In this document: positions 11,568-25,235 of the stretch, piece after piece
Layout: every line of letters starts with the position of its first letter
How positions within the stretch are numbered: the first letter of the stretch is position 1
Source: Penicillus capitatus
Taxonomy: Eukaryota > Plantae > Chlorophyta
Direction of reading: 5' to 3'
DNA: 64,000 nt
Assembly: GCA_965649825.1 (NCBI GenBank)
Contig: OZ287704.1
Span: forward strand, 1 to 64,000
Notes under the pieces: model-generated
Databases searched by the model: none
Told to the model about the DNA's origin: nothing
Seen by the model: the letters and a program-made list of their open reading frames with translations, nothing else
Made by a program: the position numbers and the translations under genes

Positions 11568-12664
11568 TTAGGCGATTTCCATTAAAATAGAAGCACGGCC
11601 GTTTTCGACATCTTGATAGAATCCTCGTCTCATGGGATCGACATCGCACAGTTTTCGATAGATCTTCTTGATCTGCTGAGATGATGCGCGACCTTCACGT
11701 CGGTCCCTGACCTCCAAGAGCACCGCATACGTTAGCAGAGTCCACTTCGAATCAGGATCCAATTCCATCAACTCCTGTTCGAAAAAAGCCACCTCGTCCT
11801 TCAGCACCGCCGCCGTCTCCTCACTCTTTTCCAGATGAAGAAAGTGACTCAACAACCATCGATAGTAGATCCAAGCGCTGGAATCATCGGGATCGGTGAC
11901 AAATGCAGAGTGGACGGTCTGGAATTCGATTTTGAGCGTCTCCAGCGAAACCCACCCGTTCTGAGGCCGCTCTTCCGTAGCCGCTCCTTCTTGCTTGAGG
12001 AGATCTGTGAGCGAGATCGTCGCGATCGGTCGATGGAGTGCCTCTAAGCAACGACTTCGGTGATGCCATGCTGAGTAATTGCTAAAATTCTGTTCAATCA
12101 TTTCTTGACTGAACCCCAGTTCGATCTGCGGCGCTCTCTCACTCTTCTTCGCCAAGAAACGACGATAGTTCCAGGCATGAAAATTTCGACTGTCCTCTGC
12201 TAATTTCTCCTCGACAAAGCGAAACTCTGTTTGCATGTCACACAGGCCAAGCCCCACCAACCAACAACGATGCTGCCAGGCACTGTAGCTCTTGGGCAAG
12301 TTGGAGAGAGCTGCCGAGACGACGGCAAGTTCTTCGAGGCACAGTGCCCTCTTCTTCTCTTCTGTCGTCTCTTCCGAACCAAACAACTGTCATCACACGG
12401 CATGTCACTCTTCTGAAAGTGTGATATTGATGGAGTTGCTTGTGTCAGTGCATCTTTGCGGTAGTTCCATGCGGTGTAGATTTCGGCGTTGAGCGAGAGG
12501 AGCTTTGCCGATGTGGCGAATGTCTGCGCGTCGTATTGACGATCCTGTACACGCGTGAGCACATCCGTGGTGGCATTCTTGAGCAACAGTGTCTTCTTCT
12601 TGAGCTTTTCGCGCTGCTCTGTCGTCGGTTCAAATCCTTTCGGAGGACGGGGACGTCCATGCAT
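11568..12664 (-). CDS. RABGGTA: Rab geranylgeranyltransferase type II alpha subunit
   Basis: N-terminus MHGRPR, then EIYTAWNYRK, PKSYSAWQHRCW, DSRNFHAWNYRRF, NFSNYSAWHHRS and DPDDSSAWIYYRW (PPTA repeats). C-terminal DPMRRGFY. GC-AG intron at 12387-12439. Confidence 0.95.
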
Positions 12665-12672
12665 CGCATCCA

Positions 12673-14558
12673 ATGTCCTTCATCTCATCCATGTTGCGTC
12701 GGCATCTCGCATGTGCAGGTCGAACGCGTCAGCTGCCATGGAGATATCAGAAGCCCAGACGCAGCGTAGTGGCGCTCTGCCAGATCGCCAAGTTGCCGAC
12801 GTATGAGGCACGCGAGGACACCATCGCGGCGGTTGTCACTGGTAAACCCTTTCTCTATCCCTTCACCCCTACCTATCGGTCGAGGGGGATTCTTAGGAAT
12901 GGAGAAAGCGGCTGTGGGTATTGTCCGCATTTCTGGATCTGAGGCGATTTCGCTCTCCCAGCGTCTCTTTCGTCCGAGATCTGAAACTGAATGGCGTCCG
13001 CAATCGCATCGGATTTACCTGGGAGATGTGGTGGATGTCCACGGGAAGGTGTTGGATGAGGTGAGGTTCAAGAAAAGAGTGAGAAGGTAGTGGTGCTCTG
13101 TGTTAGATTCTGTGTCTAGTCTTTCGCCATCCGAAGTCATACACAGCTGAGGATGTAGTGGAGCTGCACTGCCACGGGGGCCGGATCAATGTTCAGCGCG
13201 TTCTGTCTGCCTGTCTCGAGGCCGGAGCTCGAATGGCACGTCCTGGAGAATTCACCCTCCGGGCGTTTCTCAATGGGAAGCTTGATTTGTCGCAGGCACG
13301 TCATGACAGACAAGAGACGTCACATCAGAAAGTGTGATGCAGGCAGAAAGCGTTGGAGAGTTTATCGACGCCCGGACGGTGGGCGCAGCGGACAGTGCTC
13401 TGGCAGGATTGAAAGGCGGGATTGGCGACACGATCCGTGATCTCCGGAGCACATGTCTTGATATTTTGAGCGAATTGGAGGTGAGGTTAAGAAGAAGTGA
13501 GAGAAGAGTGCGAGACAGAATGGATGGAGGCACGGTTGGATTTTGATGAGGATATGCCAGAGATCGACACGACAGCGTTGTTGAAGAGGATAGAAGAAAT
13601 GCAAGCAACGATGGAGTCTTCTCTGAAAACAGCCTCAAGAGGACGACTCTTGCGCCAAGGCCTTCAAGTTGTGCAGCGTTTGACACAGACAACGTCAATG
13701 ACGTTTTCTTTGTGATGGGTAGATTGCCATCGTGGGGCGGCCGAATGTCGGAAAATCGAGTCTCATGAATGCCTGGAGCGGCGCGGATAGAGCCATCGTG
13801 ACAGAGATCCCAGGAACGACAAGAGATGTTGTCGAGGCTGGTGAGATCGATCTCCCTTGTGCCCACACACTCATCGGAGACCATTGCGTGATCAGATTTG
13901 TCAATTCACGGCATACCGGTGACGCTCATGGACACAGCCGGCATTCGAGAAGGACTAGATGTGGTTGAGCGAATGGGCATCGAGCGGGCCGCCGCGACGG
14001 CGAGAGGGGCAGATGTGGTCGTTATGGTGATGGATGTCGATGAGGGATGGACAGAAAGCGACGGGGCTGTTTTCAATGGATTATGGAAAAACGGCGTCCA
14101 AATGCCTTCCCCTGCCATCCTGGTCGCCAACAAAGCGGACAAATCAGGTCCCTCCTTCCTGCTGTAACCACCATGTCATGTGCGATGTCGCAGGTCACGA
14201 GAAACTGCCCTCCTTGCCGCTCACTGTCTCCGAGACATTCGAATCCATCATCCTCACCAGTGCCTTGCAACACGAAGGACTCGATGATTTGAACGCAGCT
14301 GTGATGAAGACCATTGAGCAAGAATCTGTGATCGCGGGTGGCGTGGCCTGGGCCATCAATGAACGTCAGTCCGAGGCGCTGTTCCGATCACATGCTTCTA
14401 TGGAACGCGTCGTCGAGAGCATCAAGAATGAGTTGCCAATGGATCTCTGGACGATCGATCTGCGCGATGCGCTGTTGTCGTTGGGCGAAGTTAGCGGAGA
14501 GGACATTAAGGAAGAGATCCTCGACAACGTTTTCCAACGCTTCTGCATTGGGAAGTAA
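12673..14558 (+). CDS. mnmE: tRNA modification GTPase MnmE/TrmE with N-terminal targeting peptide, multi-exon
   Basis: [69 protein letters not shown] (P-loop), [19 protein letters not shown] and the C-terminal [13 protein letters not shown]. Confidence 0.96.
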
Positions 14559-14586
14559 TGAACGACTGGAAGCAGACAAGGCCTTT

Positions 14587-17500
14587 CTAGAGAGACATCG
14601 ATCCAGAGAGGCCTCGATGTAGCACAGAAAAGAGATTGGCCGTGTCCTGATTCGTCTTTCGTTCTTCGCTTGCTGCGTTTCTCTCTTTCTGAATTTGTTG
14701 AAACAGCGTTTTGTTGTCTCCTCTCTTCACCACCGAGTCCATCATTCTCTTGAATCCTCTCTGGACAGCGATGCCTTCGATGGAGTTCAGAACATCCACG
14801 GCTCTCAGGCAGCTAATGACTAATTCCTGGTGCCGTTCTTTCTGCACAGGGCGCGCGAAAGGCATTAAGTGTGAGAAAGAGCCGTAAAGTGTGACCTACT
14901 TCGTGTTTGACGGCGTCGCTGGGGACGACTTTTGTCAACGCCTTCTGCAATGGCTCGACGATTTTGTCGATGCATGAGAGCACCTCGCCCTCGGCCACAG
15001 AGCAGAGTTTGATGAGCATGGGATAGCAGAGAAGCTTGATGTCGTTCTCATCTGCCAGACCTCTCTGAAGGTGTGGCAGAAACTCTTGAATATTCACACG
15101 AGGCAGGGCCACGTCCAACAGAAGCGTCATACATTCGAAAGTTGCTTTGCGCAGTTCGATGCCATCATCGATGCGATGCTTGAATGGGCCAAAATCTAAT
15201 ACCCTAATGAGCTCCTGTCGTTTCTCTGTCTGATCGTAGAGCTTTGGCAAAATGTCTTCGAGACATTCCTGTACCAAACGATACTTGTGAGCCAGAGCAG
15301 AGCTCAGCAACTGCACAGCCGCCTTTCGAACGTGGCGGCTGTTGTCCGTCAGACTCTGAAGATAGAGAGCCAGTGATCCCTGTAGCTCTCGATCGACATC
15401 GTGTGGCTGATCCACAATAGTGTATCTAGAAAGCGATCGATCTGTCGTTGCGCGGGTAAAGGGGAGAGCACAGACCGAATGCCAGCCACGATCATGTAAC
15501 GGATGTTTTCTGAGGGACTATTGATGTTGTTTCTCAGGGATGGCAGTATGGAGTGAGGATAGAGGAGCGCCAAGTGACCCACACATTCAGCTGCGACATT
15601 ACGGCAATCCTCTTCGAAGTCTTCGCTGGACAACAGCATGTCGCGAATCTCCACGACATGTTCTGTCAGAAAAGCCATACGAGGCATCTCGCAGATGCGT
15701 GGGTCGTGGGAGACGACGTACCTGGAGAGATCGGATCTGGCCTATTGGACTGATTCAAACTGCTGATCACTTCGTTGAGAGACTGCAGCAGGAGATAGAG
15801 CTGTCGCTGGTGTCCACGAGTGGACCGAATCTTCTCCACCAATCCCGGAAGATAATGCGGGAGATTACCTAAGGCGAGTGCTCCCATTGCATAGGATGCC
15901 GCAGATTTGATATCTTCAGAGTCGTCAGCCAAGGACTGTGTCATCAGCCTTTCGACGTCAGGAAAGGCACTGAGGGATGACAGACGTCCGATCTCGCCCA
16001 GACAGAGCAACGCCAAACGACGCATGGTCTCCGATGGTGATGTCTGTCCGACATTGAGCAAGGTCTGGACCGTGGGTGACAGCTCTGCCGTCTTGCCTTT
16101 GCAGCAGAGAGCCGCAATACATCGTGCTGTACTCAGTTGCTGTGTTTTTCCAGGAATCTCGCCCATGAGCGCCGAGAAGAGTTGTTGGTAGTGATCGGCC
16201 AAGGCGACGAAGAAAGATTGAAGTGACTGCAGTGCCGTTCCTTGAAGCAGTGGACTCTGGACCAGATCGAGTGCACGAGGGATCACCAGTTCCTGTACTC
16301 TGGGCTTCGATGATGGGCACACACGGGCCAGAGTGCTCAGAAGGTCTAGACTGTTAGATGCCAAATGCAGATCGTGCTCCGACACAAGCACAGATGCCTC
16401 TTCGATGATGCCATCCACCACATTCTCACTCAAAGACGTGCCGGAACGCAGACAGAAGACCTAAGACCATCACACTTTTGCATAAGACAAACACACAGCA
16501 TTTCTACATTGAGAGCATGGAGTGCAGCCTGCCTTAGTGTGACATTCGCTTTCTTCAAGAAAAGTGTGAGCTCTGTGATGATGGATTGAGTGACGCTGCT
16601 TAGATCCAGCTTCAGAGGAGATGCACCGATGACCGAAAGCGCCTTGGCCGCTGTCAGTCGCGTCGTCTCACTCTTCAGCCGTTCCAGCAGCACCGTCATG
16701 ACGGGTTCGACCTGATCGGCCAAGATATCGCCCAGTGCTCCCATCACGTCGGCCACACATCGAATCGCATACTCTTTGACTTCTTGATCGACATCCTGTG
16801 CCTTGAGGCGGTACATCACTGCTTGAAAGAGTGGCGATATCCATTCCACCATAGCATCGTCGATGATCGTATCGGGACTCGGACGCAGAATGTGCACCAT
16901 TGCGTTGCATGTCCGTAGCGCCTCCGATGTGACTTTGTAGTAGCGCTCACGAACGGCATCGAACACGGGTGGTGCCAGCTGAGATAGGGAAGACTGGAAT
17001 TCGACAGGGGAGCTCTTCAGCATCGCCGCTCTCAGAAACGACAGCACTTCGATCTTGAGATCGGATGAAGCATTCGTTCCTTCCTGTCCACAGCGACGCA
17101 CGCGAGGACAACATCAGCAAGGATGCACCAAATGTGTGATATCACACTTCAAGAGCCTTGGTAATTGGCTGGACAAAGCTCTGGATGTTACGGACGATGT
17201 GCTCAGGTGTTACGATGGCGACCTCCTTGAGCACTTTGAAGACATGCAGTCGGGTCTTGACAGATTTCTCCTTCAGTTGCTTGACAATCATCTTCACCAG
17301 TTGCGGCATGCTTGGCTCCAATACACTGCCAGACATTGTCACACGTTTGCGTTTCTGATTGTCATCTGTTTCAGATCGGACCTGTCGAGATCAAATCCGC
17401 CATACGCCTTGAAACAGCGTCGGACGTAGTGCATCAGGGAAATGTAGGAAGACAAGACATCGAGCTTCACGTTCTCTTCTCTCTCGGAGAAACGCACGAT

Positions 17501-18948
17501 GAGTGATGGTCCCACCTGTCGTCCGCCACCGAATCTGCGATCCTCTGCCTGTCAGATACAGGATCCTACCTTTGGATACATCAGATAGATCTGTTCGATG
17601 TTGTTGGCAAAGATTGCCGTTAAACAACTGGCTGCCGCCTTGCGCACTTTCCAGCTCTCATCTTCATCATCACTCAATCCGTCTTCATCGCTGTAACTGC
17701 GCACCATGGAAAGCGCGTCTATACGCGTTCGCACTCAAATCGCTTACAGGTCCTCCTCCTCATCTTCTGTTTGCATCTCTTCGTCTTCTGTGTCATCGGC
17801 GTCGTCTGCATAGTTTGGATCGAAGCGGAGTAGTTTGAGACAGACGTCGGTGATGGTGTCAATGTAGGAGCGTGTAAATAGCGGAGACCGACTGATGAAA
17901 CTCTCCAGAGCATGCAGACATGATTCAAGCAGTTCCACGTCTTCTTCGGATGCCCGCGACATCAATGACATGATCGATTTAACGCCGGCATCCACGTGGA
18001 GACCCACACGATTGCCAACCACATAACTCACCACACCAATCGCCTGAATGTGCGATGTCAGGAGCTGAGGACGTGCGTCGGCTCGATTCGCGTTATCCAA
18101 AAGGAGCAAAAACAGTTCGTGGAGCTTGGGATCCGGTAGAGAAAGCGACAGGACTCCTGGAGCATACGCCTGAGTTCTCACTCTTTTGAATGTGTGAGAA
18201 AGATACCGATGCAGGAAATGGCTTTCTTTCGCGTCAGTGTCCGAGGCTCGTTGAGCAAATTGAGACAGATTTTGAGCAACGGCTCACCGTTCTCTTCCAA
18301 CGAACTGCCAAACTTGAGCACATACTCCCGTGCAATGTCCAACGACATCAACACAATCTCATCGTTCTACACATCCACCGGCCCGTCCATTCGTCATCAA
18401 TATCTCACTCTTTTTCACACCTTCGATTCCATGCCTTGAATGAGGTGCGGCGTCAGTGCACGGATCACTGTCGTCGCTGCAGGCGAATGTGCCGGAATGC
18501 TTTCAATCACTGTCTTGAGTCCCAGATTTGCCATCTCTCTTCCTTCATGCTCCTTCTTCTCACTCAAAAAACTTTCGAGCAGCGTCTTGAGAATTTCTTG
18601 AAGATTGAAGTCGTGCACTTTGGGTAGCAGAACAGAAAGACTCGAGCAGCACATGACCCATCAGTTATCACGAACAGGCATCGAGGATCATCCCCTCACC
18701 ATTTCACAGCAATCTCTGAGATCTCCCCTGCCGTATCCTGCATCTTCTGCAGCACCACCTGACAGACACGTTTCTCCGTATCTGTATCGAGCCGAATCGT
18801 CTCTTTCTGCAGCTCCGCTAAGAGATCCGACGTCGCCATGAAGCGAAAGTCTTTGTCCGAGGAGTGCAGCTAGAGAAACATCGTTCTCACCATCGCAACG
18901 CCATGTCGTTACTTTGTCGAAAATCTCGTTCAGAACGTGCGACGCCAT
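14587..18948 (-). CDS. CAND1: cullin-associated NEDD8-dissociated protein 1 (HEAT repeats), many introns
   Basis: MASHVLNEIFDKVT, YDPNY-like FDPNYADD acidic loop, YSDEDGLSDDEDESWKVRKAAASCL, QDVDQEVKE, ETTRLTAAKAL, LIRVLDFGPFKHRIDDGIELRKATFECM. These are CAND1 hallmarks. Confidence 0.96.
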
Positions 18949-19000
18949 GACGCCACGCACAATGAGAGACAATGCAAAGAGACGTCGAATGACGAACGTA

Positions 19001-19291
19001 ATGTTGCGAAACGCAGCGCGTCGATGGGCGCCGCCTCTTCGGTCGCTGCACGCATCCAAGTCCTCGCCAAAAGATAAGCCGCCGCCGCCGCCTCCGCCGC
19101 CATCGCATACTCAAGAAGACAAGACGCCGTCCGATCGACCCTCGGTATACGAAGCTCATCGGAAGCTGAGATTTCTGGATGTGTGTATCTAGATCCCACG
19201 GCAGTTTCCTGGAGAGCAAGGAGGACCCAAGGGACCTGAACCGACGCGGTACGGTGATTGGGAGAAGAACGGACGGGTGTCAGATTTCTGA
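19001..19291 (+). CDS. SDHAF4: succinate dehydrogenase assembly factor 4 (SDH8/DUF1674), 2 exons; not visible as a single ORF in the track
   Basis: Exon 1 (19001-19144) gives [19 protein letters not shown], mitochondrial-presequence-like, plus a poly-Pro run. GT-AG intron at 19145-19192. Exon 2 gives [32 protein letters not shown], the SDHAF4 signature. Confidence 0.93.
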
Positions 19292-19331
19292 TGTTACACA
19301 TTTTGATCATCTCACTCACTCAGTCTTTCTA

Positions 19332-22300
19332 TCACTGTTTTGCATGTTTGACCAGGATCCGGTAAAAGTCTTTCAGTCGCTTCTCATCACCTGCCCTCAG
19401 CCGCTGTTCCAATTCGCCTCCAAATTCTGCGGGAAAGCCAGACTCTTCTAGAGATCGAAGCATTCGGTGCAGCACAGGGTCGCCACAAGCACGAAAGAGT
19501 GACTTGCAGCAGACGACCATGTCTTGAAAGAGTGAGTGTGTGGCGGCATCTGAAATGTCCAGTAGACCCTGAACGGCGGACTGAATGCAGACCTCATGAC
19601 CAATCCGATTCAGAAAATAGGCATTCAACTCCTCGTCCTCTTTCATTCGGTCGCTCCATCGTTCCACCAATTGACCATAGATCTGAAAGCAGATGCGCCG
19701 AATGGCGATTTCTGGATGCAGACAAGCGCCCTAAAGACCACAAATGCCGACAGCTGTCACATCGAACGATGTATGACCTGCTGGATCGTCGAGAGCATAA
19801 ACTGCAGGATGTCGGGCATTTCTAAGAACAGCAGGGCGTCGGTATTAGCAAAGATGGCGTACAGGAATCCGTATGTGAGCCGCTGCAGCTCTTCCTTTTC
19901 TCGCATCTCATCCAACATGATAGGCTCCCCTGTTAGGCTTCGTTCACTGGATGCCATTCTCTGGCGTCCTGTCCAGTCCCAATCGGGGCCGAGACACAAC
20001 CAGATATGGCGTAGCATGGTTGCCAGGACGAGAGTTAGAAAAGGGATAAGCTTTTGGCCAAAGGTTGACACCAACTGATGCGTCAGGGTCACTAGTTCAC
20101 AGAGACGTGCCGCTTCGTGTCCCGCCTGCAGGAGAACCTGCAACACAAATAGATCTCGACTGTGAAAAGTGTGAAAAAGAGTGACGTCGAAAGCTGGTTG
20201 CAGGTATGGCAGGATCAATTCTCCCAGCAGCTCAATCATCCGATGCAAAAACGACAGTACTTTGGAGTAAACGGCCATACTTTTGCAGCAGCTCGGAATT
20301 CTCAATGCCAATTCCATACATTGAACAAACACCTCACCTGCACAGCATCCATCGCGAATGATCTCACACAAATCACTCTTTCGATCTCTGTCAGACAAGT
20401 CTGGTGTATGATTGACATCATAGATCATCAGTGGAAGGAGAAGAGTCGTTTCATCATCCAGAGATCGAAAGAGTAAGCGCAGGCGTTGCTTACCCAAAGG
20501 TGGACGGACAGAGGTAACATACTCCTGTCGGAATCCTTTGCTCATCCTTGTCATCATTTCCAACGACTGCAGCAGCCGCCACTCTTCGCCAACGTCTTTC
20601 ATGGCAGACGTTAACTGTGAAACAGACACAAGATCTCATACAATCCAGCTTGCCGCGTGGAACGCCGTCCATCACTTGGAGCATAGCAGGCTGAAGCATA
20701 GACACCAGTGCGTCTTTCTGCTGTTGTGCTTCCAGGTCTTCAATTCCTAACAACAGTCCTGCTGCTTCGAATGCATAGAAGCGCTGGTCGAGTGTCATCG
20801 ATTCTGCAGAGGATTTAGGCCTCGGTGTTGTTAGGACTGTTCCAAAGAAGTCGCCAAGGGACTGCAGGATGTGCATGGCAAAGGGTGACATCACACTTCG
20901 ACAGGATTTGACAAAACGCATAAAGAGATAGCACGCCCGATCCGAAACACCCTGGACACCACAGATGTCGATCATCTCATAGGGCCAAGATCCTGGAGAC
21001 ACAGATATTGACAGGACTTTCTGATCTAGCTTTCCTTTTGCAGCTTCAGAAACAAAGCTATCACATGATGCCTTGCATGTGGTAATAAGCTGCTAAGAGT
21101 GAGAAAATGTGTGTCCTGTACTAAGACTCAAGTCTCACACAAAACAGAAACTCAAGCTGGACAAAACCAGACACATGATCTGAGCCGCACGATGTGACAG
21201 CAGCACTTCCGTGTACGAAGCGTGTGTTGGCTTGTGTGCGGCTAAAGGAATGCATGTTCGCTGAAGTCTAGACCCTGCTCTATGAGAAAGAGCACGGCTG
21301 AAGCATCAGTTCTTCTTTTGTGTGGTATCCCTCTCCATTGCACGACAGAAACGGCAACGGCGATGAGGGATGCCACAGATTTCCATGTACTCATGTCGAA
21401 CATCGCGTGATCGAGATCGTGTGTGATGCTCTACCTCAGCTGGATGCCGGATGCCTTGTGTGCCGATAAAGGTGGACAGGACTCTCGGGAATTCTCCCTG
21501 GTGCTGCAAAGGGACTTTGTAGCAACGCAGATAGAGTTCGAGGATAGCCAAGGCGACAATCTGGTGATGCCTGTTAGGAATCTCGGCTCGGACGAGAGGC
21601 AGAACGAGAGCAGCCAACAGTCCACAACCCGTCTCCTGAAGCGCCACTGACTGCACTTCTCCCAATTCAAAGACCGCTGTGATCAAGACTTCGACATCCT
21701 GTGTGGCACAGAGGGATAAGAATAAGAATCTGAAGGTGTGAGATAGATGCTCAGTTAAGTGAGTTAGTATGTCATCAAGATCCAGAATCGATCTGGAATC
21801 TCTTCTGAGAGAGGAATAACGCATCATTGCATCAAGCGATTCTGATGTGACAGAAGAGTGAGAAAATGTGAGGGCTCAGGAGTGAATGGTGGTTCGATGC
21901 TTGTCAACAAGGCCAGATCCTATCTGGGATCCTTTCTGACGTTTCAAGCATCATGGCCCATGGACGAACAAGATCGCCATCTCACACATTGCTCAGACAG
22001 CATACCCGAGTGTGCATCATTTGATTGATATCAGATGTCACTGTTCACTTAGTGTAGTCATCATTGCTTTGGCAGAGAGAAGATGGCATGGCATCGCACT
22101 CACTTGAAAGGGAGCCTGGGCGTTCTGTAGTGTGATCTGGAGCTGCTCCAGAAGAGTGGAAATGACCACCTCGTGATGAATTCTGACGATATTTTTGAAG
22201 ATGGTAAAGAGATCTCTTCTCTTCTGGTGCACGGACTCGATCTCTTCCATCCCGGTCACTCTGTGAGCCTCCGAGGCATAAGGCCCAGGGGGAACATTTG

Positions 22301-23932
22301 AAGGATCTGGGAAACGCGCAGCAGAGAGGACACCGCCCAGTACATCCCTTACTGCCTCCAGCTCGTTAGCAGGCAGCCGTTTCGTTCTGTGCCACTCACT
22401 CACTTTACAAAGAGTGACTCAAAGAGTGACCTTACCTTTCCTGCACATGTTTTAACCTAAGGATATAGGCAGAGAGAAAGGGCACGACGAACATGGATGT
22501 CTCATACTCTCGAATGCGAATCACCGTCATCACGGCCGGAAACAACGCATCGATCATTTTTTCGCAGTTGCCACAGATCTGATTGGCCTCGCTCTTGACA
22601 GAGCTCTTGATGTCGATCTTACATGCTCGCATACTGATGCAGCCTACATACGATCATGCGTTAGCGCATCCCATGATGCACGCAGATGTACTATTTTCGA
22701 TGCGTTTCCAGCACTCCAGTATCTCACTGCACAACGTGGCCAGCAGTTTCGCACACTTCTCTCTCAAGTCATTGCCTTCGGATCCAGGCAGGCCGTCTTT
22801 CCATGTCGAGCAGCACGGCACGATATCCATCTTCTGAACAATGTGGATTTTTGTCGACGGCTCCATTCCTTTCAGCAGAATCTCATTGAGGCAATCGATC
22901 GATGCCTCCTGCAATGACTCATTCGAGAGCTTCAGCAGCTCAAAAAGCAACGGCATGAACCTGAAAGAGACACAGAGCTTCGGGCACGATGTATGATGGA
23001 GACCGTTATACTGGTTGTTAACTACGAGGCCGATGCTCATCCAGCTGATGTACTTCTGCAGCGTTTGCAGCACGAGGATCGTCAGTTCCGGCTCGGACGT
23101 ATGATACCTCAGAACGAGCTTGTACCATGCATCCACGATGTCATGAATGCACGAGTCTCTCATGGCATCTTTCAACTGCACGCTGACTTTCTGCTCGTGT
23201 GTTGTCCTATATCACACGATGGATTTCGTCTTCGACGGAATCGGTACCTGTGAATATCGAGTGAGATGATGTCGCTGTCGATGGCCAGAAGGATGCGACA
23301 GAACATATCGGCGACCGTTACGCCGCTCTCCAATGCTTTGATCAAGTCATGGAAGAACGTCGGCCACATTTTGGGATACTCCAACTGTCACTCTTCTGTC
23401 ATGACACTCATGGAGATTCGAACGTGCTCACTCGGATGACGGATGTGACCGTCTGTGCGAGTTTGTTGCGCAGAAGAGGCAGCTGCTGCGCCATCCGTGG
23501 ATCCAGGATCCAGTTGACAAAGGCCCCACGTAGCTACGCACAAACAGAAACGTCACATCAGTCACACTTCTTGAAAAGACAGGCACCGTTTCTTTGGCTG
23601 AGGGATCGAGTGTGGCGTACTGTTTTGGAATCACCTGTACAGGAGCTGTAGCGTATGACTGAGTCGGGCCATAGATGCACCTCTTGTAGAGCATTGAGAC
23701 ACCAGAACTTGACCTCGATGTATGACGTGGCGTTGTAGTGCTCTACGAAGAGTTCCCACCATCGTGGATTCGCTAGAAGCTGGGCGCAGTAGACCGCTGC
23801 CTCTGCCTGCAAGGACACCGGTCGTTCGGCAAACGTCCCATCGACGAAGGGCGTCGTATCCACTTTGCGCTGAGCGGCGTCGGGAGACGGGTCGAATTGG
23901 CACAGCACAGCGCGTTCTAGATCATTGGACAT
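19332..23932 (-). CDS. XPOT: exportin-T (tRNA exportin; Los1/PAUSED), many introns
   Basis: MSNDLERAVLCQFD, IEVKFWCL, EYPKMWPTFFHDL, LKDAMRD, QKYISWMSIGLVVN, LQEASIDCLNEILLKGM, HHQIVALAILELYLR, VSDRACYLFMRFVK, QRFYAFEAAGLL. This is colinear with the exportin-T family. Confidence 0.9.
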
Positions 23933-23981
23933 GGCCGACAGTGAAATACAGCCGCACACACGCACACACGAACAACCGCGT

Positions 23982-25223
23982 TCACGTGACTGGAATGGAT
24001 GATGTGACGTCTGGAAGCGAGAAATGCGGCACAAGAATCTTCTCATGCAACCAGTCCAATGAGAATCCCATATGACGCGTGGGACATTCCACAAAGAACA
24101 GTCTTCCGTCTTTATCCAACGCCTTCAGACCGATCCAGTCCTCTTGATAGATCTCCTGTTCTTTGAGGGACAGCAGCGTAGAGCCATTGTAGAAGTAGAA
24201 CCAAGCGGACTCGGGCGGAATGACTGACAGATAGAGGGCGGTAAATGAAGGTCTCGGTGGAAAATGCCTTACCCATGTCGTCGTCTCGAAACTTCACCAT
24301 CACAAATGCCTCCAGTGTCTTGAGGTTCTTTCTGTACTTCTTGTTCTTCGTATCGCCGTCGTTGTTGATATCTTTGAGAAAGAGGCTGTTATTGAGGTAC
24401 TTCTCTATCTGGAACGGATCCTAACAGGCAGCAGTGATCGATGGGGAGGTCGAAATGGAGTGTAAGCGACTTTATAGTACTGTGCTTGGATGATGGTCTC
24501 GGCAATGCGTGGGATGTAGACGCCCGTGTGAATGGCGCGTTGGACGATCTTGCACAAAAGAGACATATCGTGCATGGCACTGTCGAGAACATAAGAGTGA
24601 GAATGTGTGAGAAGGCTCGATGTCGAGACTTGCAGCCAGGGTAGCCCATGACGCCTTGATGCTGACCTCCCAAGGTGACCAGACGTTTCATCCGAGGTCC
24701 CTTGTGTTGACAGCGTTCCACTACAGCCTGAGAAAGGGAATATGATGCAAAAGAGTGAGATAGATGATGACGGGTCACACTCGGAGGAATTGTCCGCCCT
24801 GGGAGAAGCCGATGGCATTGTAGCCGTCTTTTAACTCTTCTATTTGCTTCAACTTCTCACACACTTGAGCCACCTGTGACGCAAAAGTGTGACCTTCATG
24901 CAATTTGTAAAGAGAGAAAGAGGTGGACCTGATCGTTCGCGTTGCCGATGTAACCGGAAGCATAATCCTGTAGATAGGGACCGAAGCCAATGCTGTGTAC
25001 AAAGACACCTGCTCGATCCACAAAAGTCACATCAAAAGTGTGAGATAGTGCGAAGTTTGTAACCGTAGGTCTTTTCCAAATGCTTCTTGATAAATCCCAC
25101 GCTGTGGTCGGAACAGCAGGTATCTCCCATGCCATGCCACAGAACGATGGGCAGTGGTGCAGCTCGAAGCACTTCGGCCAAGAGCGCCACGAAAAAGAGG
25201 GACTGTAACAGGCGCTGTCTCAT
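23982..25223 (-). CDS. PPT1: palmitoyl-protein thioesterase 1 family (secreted/vacuolar), multi-exon
   Basis: Signal peptide followed by [30 protein letters not shown]|[23 protein letters not shown] and [10 protein letters not shown]. Confidence 0.94.
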
Positions 25224-25235
25224 GTCGCTCGCAAA

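Noticed and set aside
12625-12640. GGTTCAAATCC resembling a tRNA T-loop
   Set aside because: It lies within the RABGGTA coding exon (KGFEP on the minus strand) and no cloverleaf can be formed.
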